This document shows positions 11,568 through 20,298 of a DNA stretch of 26,141 nt, one piece after another. The notes under the pieces are model-generated. The model was given only the letters and a program-made list of their open reading frames with translations. It made no database searches and was not told where the DNA came from. Where the stretch lies: contig CAZJCX010000006.1 of NCBI GenBank assembly GCA_964544425.1, positions 7,128 through 33,268 on the forward strand, in the 5' to 3' direction. How positions within the stretch are numbered: position 1 is the first letter of the stretch; every line of letters starts with the position of its first letter. The DNA is from an uncultured Verrucomicrobiota bacterium (GTDB lineage: Bacteria; Verrucomicrobiota; Verrucomicrobiia; Palsa-1439). The position numbers and the translations under genes were made by a program.

Positions 11568-12974
11568 ATGCAGAAGATTTTAGTGGTGGATGACGAGGCT
11601 GATATCCGGCGGGCGTTTCGGCGCAATCTGGAAGGACCGGACCTGACGGTTGTCGAGGCGGGGGACGGGACAGAAGCGATCCGCGTCATTGCCCAAGAAC
11701 AACCGGACTTGGTGTGCATGGACATCCGGATGGGGGGGACGAACGGGCTGCAAACGTTGCGCAAACTGCGCGAGCTGAACCCGAAGTTGCTGATCATCAT
11801 GATGACGGCGTATGGGACGACGCAGACGGCCATCGAGGCGATGAAGCTCGGCGCGTATGATTACATTCTGAAACCGTTCGACGTGCCGAAGCTCAAGGCT
11901 TTGATCGCGGCGGGGTTGAAGGCGGCGCGCGACATGAAACAGGTCGTGAGCTACCAACCGTTGCTCGACAAGGAAGACTACGCCGAGGGAATCGTCGGCA
12001 GGAGCGAGCCGATGCAGCAAGTTTTCAAGCTGATCGGCCAAGTGTCGCAGTCCGACGCCACGGTCTTGATTACCGGGGAAAGCGGCACCGGCAAGGAACT
12101 CGTCGCGCGCGCCATCTATCACCACAGCGCTCGCGCCGGTCGGCCGTTTCTCGCGATCAACTGTGCGGCGATCCCGGAGCAGTTGTTGGAGAGCGGGTTG
12201 TTCGGCCACGAAAAGGGTGCGTTTACGGGGGCGAATGACCGCCGGATCGGGAAGTTCGAGCAATGTGACAAAGGGACGATCTTCCTCGACGAAATCGGCG
12301 ATATGCCGCCCGCCACGCAAACGAAAATCCTGCGCGTGCTGCAGAACGGTGAGTTCCAGCGCGTCGGCGGCAACCAGACGATCAAAGTGGATGTCCGCGT
12401 CATCGCGGCGACGAACCGGGAACCCGAACGACAAGTGGCGGAGAAAAAGTTCCGCGAGGATTTGTACTACCGGCTCAATGTCGTCCGCATCCACCTCCCC
12501 CCGTTGCGCGAGCGAGGGGAGGATTTGCCGGTGCTGGTGGATTACTTCATCCAGAAATCACAGAAGGTGAAGAGCATCGCCCCCGCCGCGTTGGTGTTGC
12601 TGCAGAAGCATACCTGGCCCGGCAACGTGCGCGAGTTGGAGAATGCGATGCAACGGGCGATTGTCGTGGCGCGCGGCGACTGCATTTTTCTCGAAGACCT
12701 CCCCGGTGACGTGCGGGATCCGCGTCCCGTGAGCGTGCCGCGCGAGCAGGTGGAGACCACGGTGGACGCGGCGGTCGCCACGCTCTTCGACCTGGCCAGA
12801 CGCGATCCGAAGTTCAGGCTGATTCTCGCCGTGGAGCGCGAGTTGATTACGCGCGCGCTGGCCGAGACGAGCGGCAATCAGGTGCAGGCGGCGAAGTTGC
12901 TGGGCATCACCCGCGCGACGCTGCGCAAGCGCATCGAGAAGTTCGGCATCGAGCGGCGGTTGGAAGTCATGTAA
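11568..12974 (+). CDS. Sigma54-dependent response regulator (NtrC/AtoC family: REC-AAA+-Fis HTH)
   Basis: [77 protein letters not shown] and NQVQAAKLLGITRATLRKR. Confidence 0.95.
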   Translation: MQKILVVDDEADIRRAFRRNLEGPDLTVVEAGDGTEAIRVIAQEQPDLVCMDIRMGGTNGLQTLRKLRELNPKLLIIMMTAYGTTQTAIEAMKLGAYDYILKPFDVPKLKALIAAGLKAARDMKQVVSYQPLLDKEDYAEGIVGRSEPMQQVFKLIGQVSQSDATVLITGESGTGKELVARAIYHHSARAGRPFLAINCAAIPEQLLESGLFGHEKGAFTGANDRRIGKFEQCDKGTIFLDEIGDMPPATQTKILRVLQNGEFQRVGGNQTIKVDVRVIAATNREPERQVAEKKFREDLYYRLNVVRIHLPPLRERGEDLPVLVDYFIQKSQKVKSIAPAALVLLQKHTWPGNVRELENAMQRAIVVARGDCIFLEDLPGDVRDPRPVSVPREQVETTVDAAVATLFDLARRDPKFRLILAVERELITRALAETSGNQVQAAKLLGITRATLRKRIEKFGIERRLEVM

Positions 12975-12985
12975 CGCCGCGGCGG

Positions 12986-14332
12986 TCACGGCACCCACGT
13001 GGTGCCGGACTGGCGAAGTTCCTGCCAACTGACGACGGTGTAGCCGGTTGAGCCGGTCACGTTCTGGAGCGATTCGTCGTAGTGGAGATTGGCGTTGCCA
13101 CTGAAGGTGATTGAGTTGGCGACCACCGCCCCTTGCACTTCGCCATTGCCGCCGACGGAGAGCGCGGCGTTGGGCGCGTACAGCGTCCCGACGAACGAGC
13201 CGTTACCGGCGATGCTGGCGGAGGCGCAGGTGGACAGGCCGTGCCACTGATTGTCTTCGGCCCGGTTGTTATTCACAACCCCATTACCGGCCAGTGAAAT
13301 GGAACCGCCGCAATACACCTCGAGCCGGGCACCGGGAGAGATGCTGATCCGTCCGTTGCCGGTGATGCTGGTGTTGCCCGTGACGTAGAGTCGAACGGTG
13401 CCGGTAATGGTGAGGGTGCGATTGGCGGCGAGACTGATGCTGGAGGCCTGCCAATCACCACCAGCGATGGTCATGTTATTGTTGATCGTTCCGCCCGGCA
13501 CGGTCGGCGCACCGGCCAAGCCGGTCGGCAACGTGGCATCCGGCACGTCCACGTCGAAATCATTGCGAATCCAGCCATTGGCGGTGCCCGCCGCAACGGT
13601 GGTGGCGCGGTCGCCACTCACGAACGTGGGGCCAACACTGCCGTTCGGCCCCATCGTGACGGTGCCACTGGGGCCGGTGTAGGCGTAGCCGTAGATGTCG
13701 GCGTTGCCGATGTTAAGGCTGTTGATCAATTCACTATTGGTGGCCACGTTGCCGTTGGGCTGTTTCTTTGTCGCGTCGTATTGCCCCCCGGTGGACTTGG
13801 CGGGATCGGTCGAGTCAAAACTGTCGGCGTACATGTTGTTGCCATTCAGATTGATGGTGCTTTTGGACATGATGCCGACCGGATATTTGCTGCTGTTGGC
13901 GAGTTTGACGCGGACAGCGCGCGCGACGCTGCCGCCAAAACCGGCCGTGGTGATGGTGCCGACGCCGTCAATTTGCGGGGTGCTGCCGCCAACATTGCTG
14001 ACGGTGACCTGGGCAGCACCGACGACCTGGTTGAGGGCGTTGGTGACGGCGATCGTTTTGACATAGGTCCCGCTGCCGCCGCTCCAACCGCGGGAACTTT
14101 GAAAACCGGTGCCGCCGGCGGTGTATTGGTAGGTGTATTCGGCGAGGCCGGTCTCAATGGCGGCTTCGGCCAGATGCAACGATTGCGTCCAGTCGTGCGA
14201 CCGGAAATTGAGCCGCGCTTCGTTGGCCATGTAGGTGAGCAACCCCGCTACGACGATGGCGAGGATGGACGAGGAGACGGCCGCAGCGGTGATGGCGGAG
14301 CCGCGTTCGCTATGAAGCTGGCGGTGATGCAT
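12986..14332 (-). CDS. PilX/GspK-like tip minor pilin with large C-terminal repeat domain (module 2)
   Basis: Basic leader + RGSAITAAAV hydrophobic helix lacking Glu5. SLHLAEAAIETG is a PilX N-terminal motif. About 300 aa of S/T/G/N-rich repeats follow, ending in SWQELR. Confidence 0.75.
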   Translation of the reverse strand: MHHRQLHSERGSAITAAAVSSSILAIVVAGLLTYMANEARLNFRSHDWTQSLHLAEAAIETGLAEYTYQYTAGGTGFQSSRGWSGGSGTYVKTIAVTNALNQVVGAAQVTVSNVGGSTPQIDGVGTITTAGFGGSVARAVRVKLANSSKYPVGIMSKSTINLNGNNMYADSFDSTDPAKSTGGQYDATKKQPNGNVATNSELINSLNIGNADIYGYAYTGPSGTVTMGPNGSVGPTFVSGDRATTVAAGTANGWIRNDFDVDVPDATLPTGLAGAPTVPGGTINNNMTIAGGDWQASSISLAANRTLTITGTVRLYVTGNTSITGNGRISISPGARLEVYCGGSISLAGNGVVNNNRAEDNQWHGLSTCASASIAGNGSFVGTLYAPNAALSVGGNGEVQGAVVANSITFSGNANLHYDESLQNVTGSTGYTVVSWQELRQSGTTWVP

Positions 14333-14339
14333 GGGGACC

Positions 14340-14876
14340 TCATGGTTTGTTGCGCATGTCGAACCGGGCGGAGAGATAGTCCTCGGACTGGATCTGGCTG
14401 ATGACCTGTTTACGAAGCTGAAGATCCACTTGGATGCCTTTGGCGGTGCTCAGGACGGTGGTGTTGGAGCCGACCTTGTCGTAGAGGTAAAAGGTCAACG
14501 CGTGAATATTGGTGGCGAGCATCCGCGTGCCCGTGGTGGACTCGGTCCGGTAAAGCCCACCGTGGTTGACTGAGTAGGTGATCGTTTTGGAAGTGGAGAC
14601 GCTGCCGGACGTCGTGAACGCTGTCGGTATGGTGACGACGAGGTTGGACGAGTTGAACGAGACGATGGAATTGACCGCCCGCATATCGCGCGAGAACCAG
14701 TCAATAGCTGACCGGCCGCTGGCGTGGATCTCCGTGTAATTACTGATCGCTTGAAAACCTTTGACGGACATGATGTAGGTGGTCGTGATCCCGCCCATGA
14801 CGATCCCGCCGATGGCTGCCGTCAGCAATAGCTCTGGGAGAGTGAAGCCTGCCGTGTTGTGGCGATGCCGTTTCAT
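14340..14876 (-). CDS. PilW/GspJ-like minor pilin (module 2)
   Basis: MKRHRHNTAG|FTLPELLL class III signal peptide, followed by GRSAIDWFSRDMR. Confidence 0.8.
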   Translation of the reverse strand: MKRHRHNTAGFTLPELLLTAAIGGIVMGGITTTYIMSVKGFQAISNYTEIHASGRSAIDWFSRDMRAVNSIVSFNSSNLVVTIPTAFTTSGSVSTSKTITYSVNHGGLYRTESTTGTRMLATNIHALTFYLYDKVGSNTTVLSTAKGIQVDLQLRKQVISQIQSEDYLSARFDMRNKP

Positions 14877-14878
14877 GG

Positions 14879-15298
14879 TCAGAAGATGTAGGTGTTGATG
14901 CCGCCGTTGCCGACGAGTGACGTGAGAGTGTTGGTGACCGGACGGCCGGTCTGACTGCGCCACGTCAGGGTCAGGGTGACGCACTTGACCGTCGTCGCGC
15001 CGTTAAAGCTGTCCACCGTGGTTTGCGTGACTTGCCCGGTGTACACGCCGATGGCTGTGTCCACGAAGTTGGTCGGATAGACTGCCAACTGCGACCAACT
15101 CAACAGCCGGATGTCTTCCATGCGTTGCTGCAGGATTTGCGACGCTCGCGCTGCCCGGCGGAAGTCCGCAACGTACCGGGTCGCATGAGAGGTGACCGCC
15201 AACACAGAAGTGAGAGCCACCGCAAGAATGACGGAAGCCAGCAGCACCTCCAGCAACGCAAAACCACCGGTTTTCCGCAGATTTCGTCGGATTATCAT
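14879..15298 (-). CDS. PilV/GspI-like minor pilin (module 2)
   Basis: MIIRRNLRKTGG|FALLEVLLA class III signal, followed by ASQILQQRMEDIR. Confidence 0.8.
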   Translation of the reverse strand: MIIRRNLRKTGGFALLEVLLASVILAVALTSVLAVTSHATRYVADFRRAARASQILQQRMEDIRLLSWSQLAVYPTNFVDTAIGVYTGQVTQTTVDSFNGATTVKCVTLTLTWRSQTGRPVTNTLTSLVGNGGINTYIF

Positions 15299-15315
15299 CG
15301 GTGCCGCCGGAGTAG

Positions 15316-15332
15316 AAGCATCGCGAGTACCG
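15316..15332 (-). promoter_or_regulatory. Putative sigma54 promoter for minor-pilin module 2
   Basis: Minus strand CGGTACTCGCGATGCTT (GG-N10-GC) in the 68-nt gap between the modules. Confidence 0.55.
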
Positions 15333-15366
15333 CGCGCGGCACCGACAGGCCTCGCACTCGTGCGAC

Positions 15367-16695
15367 TCAGGGTACCCACGAGCCGCCCGACGGCCGCAGT
15401 TCCTGCCACGAAGCGATGCTGTACGATGCGCCACCAGTCGAGGCGTTCAACGATTCGTCGTAGTGGTACGACCCGTTGCCCGATACGGTGATCGAGTCGG
15501 CGACGAGCGCGCCGGAAAAGTTGCCGTTGCCACTCGTCGAGATCGCCGCCTGCGGGGCGTAAATGGTGCCGACCCAATCGGCATTGCCGCTCATGCTGAC
15601 GGACGTGCAGCCCGGTAGACCGAACCACTGATTCTGCGTCGGCGTGACCCCGTTGTTCAGCACGCCGTTACCGGAAATGCTGATCGCACCGGTGGTATAG
15701 ACTTCCAGCTTCCCGCCGGCGTTGATCTGGATTTTGGCGTTACCCGAAATGCTGGTGCTGCCGTTCACATACAGGCGGACGGTGCCGTTGATCTGCACCG
15801 TGCGGTTGCCAGACAAACTGATCCCGCTGGCCTGGTAATCGCCGCCGTTGATCGTGGAGGAAGAGTTGATCGTGCCGAGCGAGGGCGCGCTGCTCAAGCC
15901 GGACGGCAATGACACATCCGAGACGGTCGTGGAATTGTTCTGCGTGAACCAGCCGTTGGCCGCTGCCGTGGCCGCGTTGCTAGCCTGCCCCGTAAAGGCG
16001 GGCCCGACCGCCGCGTTGCCGCTCATCGTCATCGTCCCGCTGCCGCCGACCCCGGCGGTGCCGTGGATGTTCGCATTACCGCTAAGTGTGATCGGTGAAC
16101 CGCTCGTCGCCATCGCGCCGACGTTGCCATTCGCCTGTTTCTTGGACGAATCGTACGCCCCACCGGTGGATTTCGTCGGATTGCTCGAGTCGTAGCTATC
16201 CACTGTGGCATTACCGGACATGGTGATCGTACTTTTCGACAACAAGCCCATCGGGAACATGCTGCCCCCCGCAAAGCCCACCCGCACGGCCCGCGCGACG
16301 TTGGCCGTGCCGACCACCGATGTGACGGTGCCGATCCCGGTGATCTGCGGCGTCCCAACGCCAATCCCGGTGGCCTGCACGGTCAGATGGCCGACGCTCG
16401 CGCCGCCGTTGTTGGTGAAATTGCTGACGGTTTTGGTGTAGCTGCCGCCGCTCCCGCTCCAACCCCGGCCCGATGTGAAACCGCTCCCGCCTTGCAGGTA
16501 CTGGTACTTGTACTCCGCAATCCCGATTTCCGCCGCCGCTTCCGCCAGTTGCAACGCCGACGCCCAGTAGTGGGAGCGCCGGTTGAGCCGCTCCTCGTTG
16601 ACCGTGTAGGTGAGAAACCCGGCCACGAGGATGGACACAATCGCCGCGCTGACCGCGGCCGCCGTAATCGCCGAACCTTGCGTGTAAGACTTCAT
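15367..16695 (-). CDS. PilX/GspK-like tip minor pilin with large C-terminal repeat domain (module 1)
   Basis: MKSYTQGSAITAAAVS, ALQLAEAAAEIG, nine SGN turns and the ending SWQELRPSGGSWVP. Has an ATGA overlap with the upstream gene. Confidence 0.75.
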   Translation of the reverse strand: MKSYTQGSAITAAAVSAAIVSILVAGFLTYTVNEERLNRRSHYWASALQLAEAAAEIGIAEYKYQYLQGGSGFTSGRGWSGSGGSYTKTVSNFTNNGGASVGHLTVQATGIGVGTPQITGIGTVTSVVGTANVARAVRVGFAGGSMFPMGLLSKSTITMSGNATVDSYDSSNPTKSTGGAYDSSKKQANGNVGAMATSGSPITLSGNANIHGTAGVGGSGTMTMSGNAAVGPAFTGQASNAATAAANGWFTQNNSTTVSDVSLPSGLSSAPSLGTINSSSTINGGDYQASGISLSGNRTVQINGTVRLYVNGSTSISGNAKIQINAGGKLEVYTTGAISISGNGVLNNGVTPTQNQWFGLPGCTSVSMSGNADWVGTIYAPQAAISTSGNGNFSGALVADSITVSGNGSYHYDESLNASTGGASYSIASWQELRPSGGSWVP

Positions 16696-17234
16696 TTGTT
16701 CCGCATCTCCCACCGGGCCGAAGTTGTCGCCACGATGTTGGTTTTGCCGAGCACGCGTTTGCGAAGGTTGAGCGCGGCTTCAATTCGCTTCACGCTGCCG
16801 GTCGCGGACGTGGCGCTGCCGGCGCTGTCGTAAAACGAAAACGTCAGGCTGGTCACGTTCGTCGCCAGCATCGTCGTCACCGTGCCGGTATTCACTTCGC
16901 GCCGGTAGACCATCCCGTTCTGAATCCAATAACTGACCGTCTTGTTCGACACGACACTGCCGTTGCTGAACGCCGTCGGCACCCGCAAGGCCACGTTCGT
17001 GCTCAACGCCGTCGTCACTGCGCTGGAGGCCCGCACGTCGCGCCCCATCAAATCCAATATCCGCCGTGTGTCACCGTGCATCTCCGTATAATTGGAGACG
17101 TGGGCGAAACTGCGCGCGGAGAAAATGTACGTTGACATGATCGCCGTCAGCACCAGCGCCCCGATGGCGGCCGCCACCAAGACTTCCACGAGCGTGAAGC
17201 CCGCGCGCTGCCGGATGACCGGGTTACATGACAT
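16692..17234 (-). CDS. PilW/GspJ-like minor pilin (module 1)
   Basis: RQRAG|FTLVEVLVA class III signal, followed by TRRILDLMGRDVR. Confidence 0.8.
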   Translation of the reverse strand: MSCNPVIRQRAGFTLVEVLVAAAIGALVLTAIMSTYIFSARSFAHVSNYTEMHGDTRRILDLMGRDVRASSAVTTALSTNVALRVPTAFSNGSVVSNKTVSYWIQNGMVYRREVNTGTVTTMLATNVTSLTFSFYDSAGSATSATGSVKRIEAALNLRKRVLGKTNIVATTSARWEMRNK

Positions 17235-17652
17235 ACGTGTTCAACCCGCTGTTGGTGATCAAGGTGGTCACGGAATTCGTTTGGACCCGGTAGGCCTTGT
17301 TCGTCCACGTCGCGCTGATCGTCACCCGCAGTACGGTGGTTGAACTGCTGTACGTGTCGTAGGCCGCCGTCGAAATCAACCCCCGAAACTTGCCGGCCGT
17401 GTCCGTCGAGTCGGTGAACGTGCTCGGCAACGCCTGCACCTGCGCCCACGACATCGTCCGAACCTCTTCCGCCTTGCGTTGGACGATCTGCGACGATTGC
17501 GCGCTCCACCGGACATTCGCCATCAGCCGGGCCGCCTGTGACGCAACCGCGAGCACCGATGTCAACACGAAGGCCAGGATGACCGTGGCGATCATCGCCT
17601 CGATCAACGTGAACCCCGCGCGTCCGCTGAGTCGTTGTCGCTGCCTGACCAT
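17224..17652 (-). CDS. PilV/GspI-like minor pilin (module 1)
   Basis: SGRAG|FTLIEAMIA class III signal, followed by SSQIVQRKAEEVR. Confidence 0.8.
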   Translation of the reverse strand: MVRQRQRLSGRAGFTLIEAMIATVILAFVLTSVLAVASQAARLMANVRWSAQSSQIVQRKAEEVRTMSWAQVQALPSTFTDSTDTAGKFRGLISTAAYDTYSSSTTVLRVTISATWTNKAYRVQTNSVTTLITNSGLNTYVM

Positions 17653-17674
17653 GTTGCCCGTCGCGGTCCGCCCG

Positions 17675-19108
17675 CTAGCGCGGCCCGAAATTGGTTTGTG
17701 TTTCGCCGGCTTTGACGTCGTCCGTCTTGTCGTTGGCCGGTGCCTTCAGCAGTTGGCGCGGCTTGGCGTTATCCCCCGGCATCCACTTGTCGTTGGCGTA
17801 CACTTCCTCCGGCACCATCCCACCAATCTGGGTTTCGTACCCGGTTTGTTGATCAGGTCCGATGATCGTCGGCGTCAGAAAGATGAGCAGGTCACGCTTG
17901 CTCTTGTTCAAACTCTTGCTGCGGAACAACCGCCCCAAACCGGGCACATCTCCCAGTAACGGCACTTTGGTATACCGATCATCCACGTCCGTCCGCATCA
18001 ACCCGCCGATGGCCAGCGTGTGGCCGCTCTTGATCAAGACTGTCGTGCTGGCGGTTCGGGTGTTGACGATCGGAATCTCCACCGCCGAGCCGCCTCCGCT
18101 CTGGAGCGTCGCGCTCTCCGTCGAGCTGCTCGCTTCCGGCTGCACTTCAAGTGTGATGTAACCGTTCTTGTTGATGCGCGGGGTGACGTTCAGGATGATC
18201 CCAATGTCCTTGTACTCGAAGCCCGAGATTTGCAGCGAGGCGGTCTGCTCACTGAAGGTAAAATTCGGGATCGGGAACTGCGTCGCGATGGAAATCTTCG
18301 CCTTGCCGTTGTCCGTCGTCACGATCCGCGGGCTGGCCAGCAACTCCGTGTCCGCGTCGCGATTGATGAACGAGAACACCGCCTTGGCCTGGCCCAGGTT
18401 CAGGAACGCCGTGGCCGGTGTCCAACTCCACGGCCCGCCGTTGATGTTGTGCTCCAGCGTGAAATCCTGCGTGGAGACTTCGTGGTTCAACAGTGTGTCC
18501 GTCCAGTTGATCCCCAAGTCCTTCTTCGGATTCTTCGTGGTCTCCACAAATTTCGCCTCGATCATCACTTGGGGTGTTTCGGAATCCAGTTGCTGGATCA
18601 ACGGCAACAGTTTCGCGAGGTTCGAGGGTGTATCCGAAAGGATCAGCGTGTTGCTCCGAGCATCCACCTGCGCTTTGCCGCGCGCCGTCAATACCGGCAG
18701 CAGTGCGGTCTGAATCTCGGTCGCCTTCGCATAGTTCAGCGTCACCAACCGCAACTCCACCGGCTCGGTGTCCAACAATTCCTTGGACTTGATCTTCACC
18801 ACTTTGCCATCGGGGACGTACGCGAACCCTTTCGATTCGACAATCAACTTCATCGCGTCCTCGTAGCTGACGTCTTCGAGATGAACTGTGACCTTGCCCT
18901 GCACTTCGTCGCCGAGAATGAGATTCACTCCGGCGCGCGACGCGAGCGAACGCAGCACGTTTTGAATGTCGGCCTCGATATACTCAATGACGACTTTATC
19001 GTCCGCGGGTGCCCCCTCCGTTGCGGGAGCCGGTGCCGCTTCTTCCGCCGCCTGGATGGGTAACACCGCGCTCATCAAACCGAGGGCCAAATACGTAATC
19101 ATTTTCAT
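17675..19108 (-). CDS. pilQ: Outer-membrane secretin (PilQ/GspD family)
   Basis: Start MKMITYL with SD GGAG. N0-like ADIQNVLRSLA...GKVTVHL, N3-like DARSNTLILSD, and secretin core PQVMIEAKFVE, LASPRIVTTDN, VTPRIN, KVPLLGDVPGLGRLFRS and LLIFLTPTII. Confidence 0.9.
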   Translation of the reverse strand: MKMITYLALGLMSAVLPIQAAEEAAPAPATEGAPADDKVVIEYIEADIQNVLRSLASRAGVNLILGDEVQGKVTVHLEDVSYEDAMKLIVESKGFAYVPDGKVVKIKSKELLDTEPVELRLVTLNYAKATEIQTALLPVLTARGKAQVDARSNTLILSDTPSNLAKLLPLIQQLDSETPQVMIEAKFVETTKNPKKDLGINWTDTLLNHEVSTQDFTLEHNINGGPWSWTPATAFLNLGQAKAVFSFINRDADTELLASPRIVTTDNGKAKISIATQFPIPNFTFSEQTASLQISGFEYKDIGIILNVTPRINKNGYITLEVQPEASSSTESATLQSGGGSAVEIPIVNTRTASTTVLIKSGHTLAIGGLMRTDVDDRYTKVPLLGDVPGLGRLFRSKSLNKSKRDLLIFLTPTIIGPDQQTGYETQIGGMVPEEVYANDKWMPGDNAKPRQLLKAPANDKTDDVKAGETQTNFGPR

Positions 19109-19122
19109 AGCAACTCCTTGCC

Positions 19123-19139
19123 TAGCAGGCGTCAAGCCA
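19123..19139 (-). promoter_or_regulatory. Possible sigma54 promoter upstream of the secretin
   Basis: Minus strand TGGCTTGACGCCTGCTA (GG-N10-GC) in the 43-nt gap. The predicted start would leave only ~5 nt of leader. Confidence 0.4.
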
Positions 19140-19151
19140 GCGACGAAATCG

Positions 19152-19718
19152 CTACTCGGACGCGGTTGCGCGGTTGGCAGCCCCCAGCCGCAGTTCCAAT
19201 TTCTGCCCGCCCACTTCCAACAGCACAATTTCGCGCGTGATCTCCAGTGCACGAACTTGCAAGTCGCCGTGCGCCGTCTTCACCGTCACCGGCTTGTTCA
19301 ACTCGACCACTTTATCGTTCACCAACGCGGCTGGCCGCGTGGCATGATACAAAATGCCTTTCAACTGCAACTCCACCGGCACCGCCACCGCGATGGGCGC
19401 GGCGCCAGCGGTCGGCTCCGCGACTGGCTGATTTCCAAACGGGTCGCGTGGAACCGAAGGAGCGTACTCGGAAGCGTGCAATTCCAGCGGATTCGCCGGC
19501 GGTTTGGCGTAGCCAACCGCACAGAGAAACAGAAAGATCACCACGAACAGCGCGATCTGACCAACCGCCAACAAACCTGCCCACCGCAATGCCGACGGCA
19601 ACCCGTCCACGCGTTCCGCGCAGTCCGCGACGGCGACCGGTCGCCGGACGGAAACTGGCGCCGTGACGGCTGTCGCTGCCGCCACCGGCCACGGCAGGGA
19701 AGTTGTCTGCGTTTTCAT
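19152..19718 (-). CDS. PilP/GspC-like alignment protein
   Basis: Start MKTQ has an ATGA overlap with the pilO stop. One TM segment, RDPF motif and LQLKGILY...AALVNDKVV beta domain. Sits between pilO and the secretin. Confidence 0.65.
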   Translation of the reverse strand: MKTQTTSLPWPVAAATAVTAPVSVRRPVAVADCAERVDGLPSALRWAGLLAVGQIALFVVIFLFLCAVGYAKPPANPLELHASEYAPSVPRDPFGNQPVAEPTAGAAPIAVAVPVELQLKGILYHATRPAALVNDKVVELNKPVTVKTAHGDLQVRALEITREIVLLEVGGQKLELRLGAANRATASE

Positions 19719-20298
19719 GATGCGTTGGCCTCCGGTTTCTTCGCCGGCTTTTCCGGCTGAATCAGCAACCGCAAATCGAGCACCGCATTGTGACGCCCCT
19801 CCGCCTGCCCGGTCACCGCGAGGGACCGAATCTCCGCCGTCGGAAACCGATTTTCCAAATCCCGAATGAACGCGCCGAGTTGGTCGTAGTTGCCGGTGAT
19901 TTCCAACCGCGTCAGGTAGGTGGGATACTTCGGCCGGTTGGCTGGTTCGCCTTTCGTGCCGGGCCGCAGGCCAATCACTTGAATCGGATGTTCCTCCGCC
20001 AGCAGGGTGATCTCGCAAACGGGTGGCCGCTGATCATTCCCGCCTCTTGCGCGGCCACAAAAGCTCGCACCTCATCCCGGAACTCCTCGTTGGCAGCTGC
20101 CAACTGCGCCTTCTTTTCCGCTTCGGCAATCTGATCTCTCAAGGTGGCGACTTTGTCCCGCGCCGTTGCGCGGGTGTTCCATTGGTTGAGCACATAGAAC
20201 TGAAACACGCCCGCCACCACTGCGAGCGTGACGATGCCAATCAGCACCACTTGCTGCTTCTTCTCTTTCGGCAACGCACGCACCGTGGCCAGATTCAT
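19715..20298 (-). CDS. pilO: PilO/GspM-like protein (frameshift at ~20015)
   Basis: N-half MNLATV...TM...coiled coil and C-half EITLLAEEHPIQVIG...LEITGNYDQLGAFIRDLENRFPTAEIRSL are in different frames. ATGA overlaps with both neighbours fix the ends. Confidence 0.75.
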
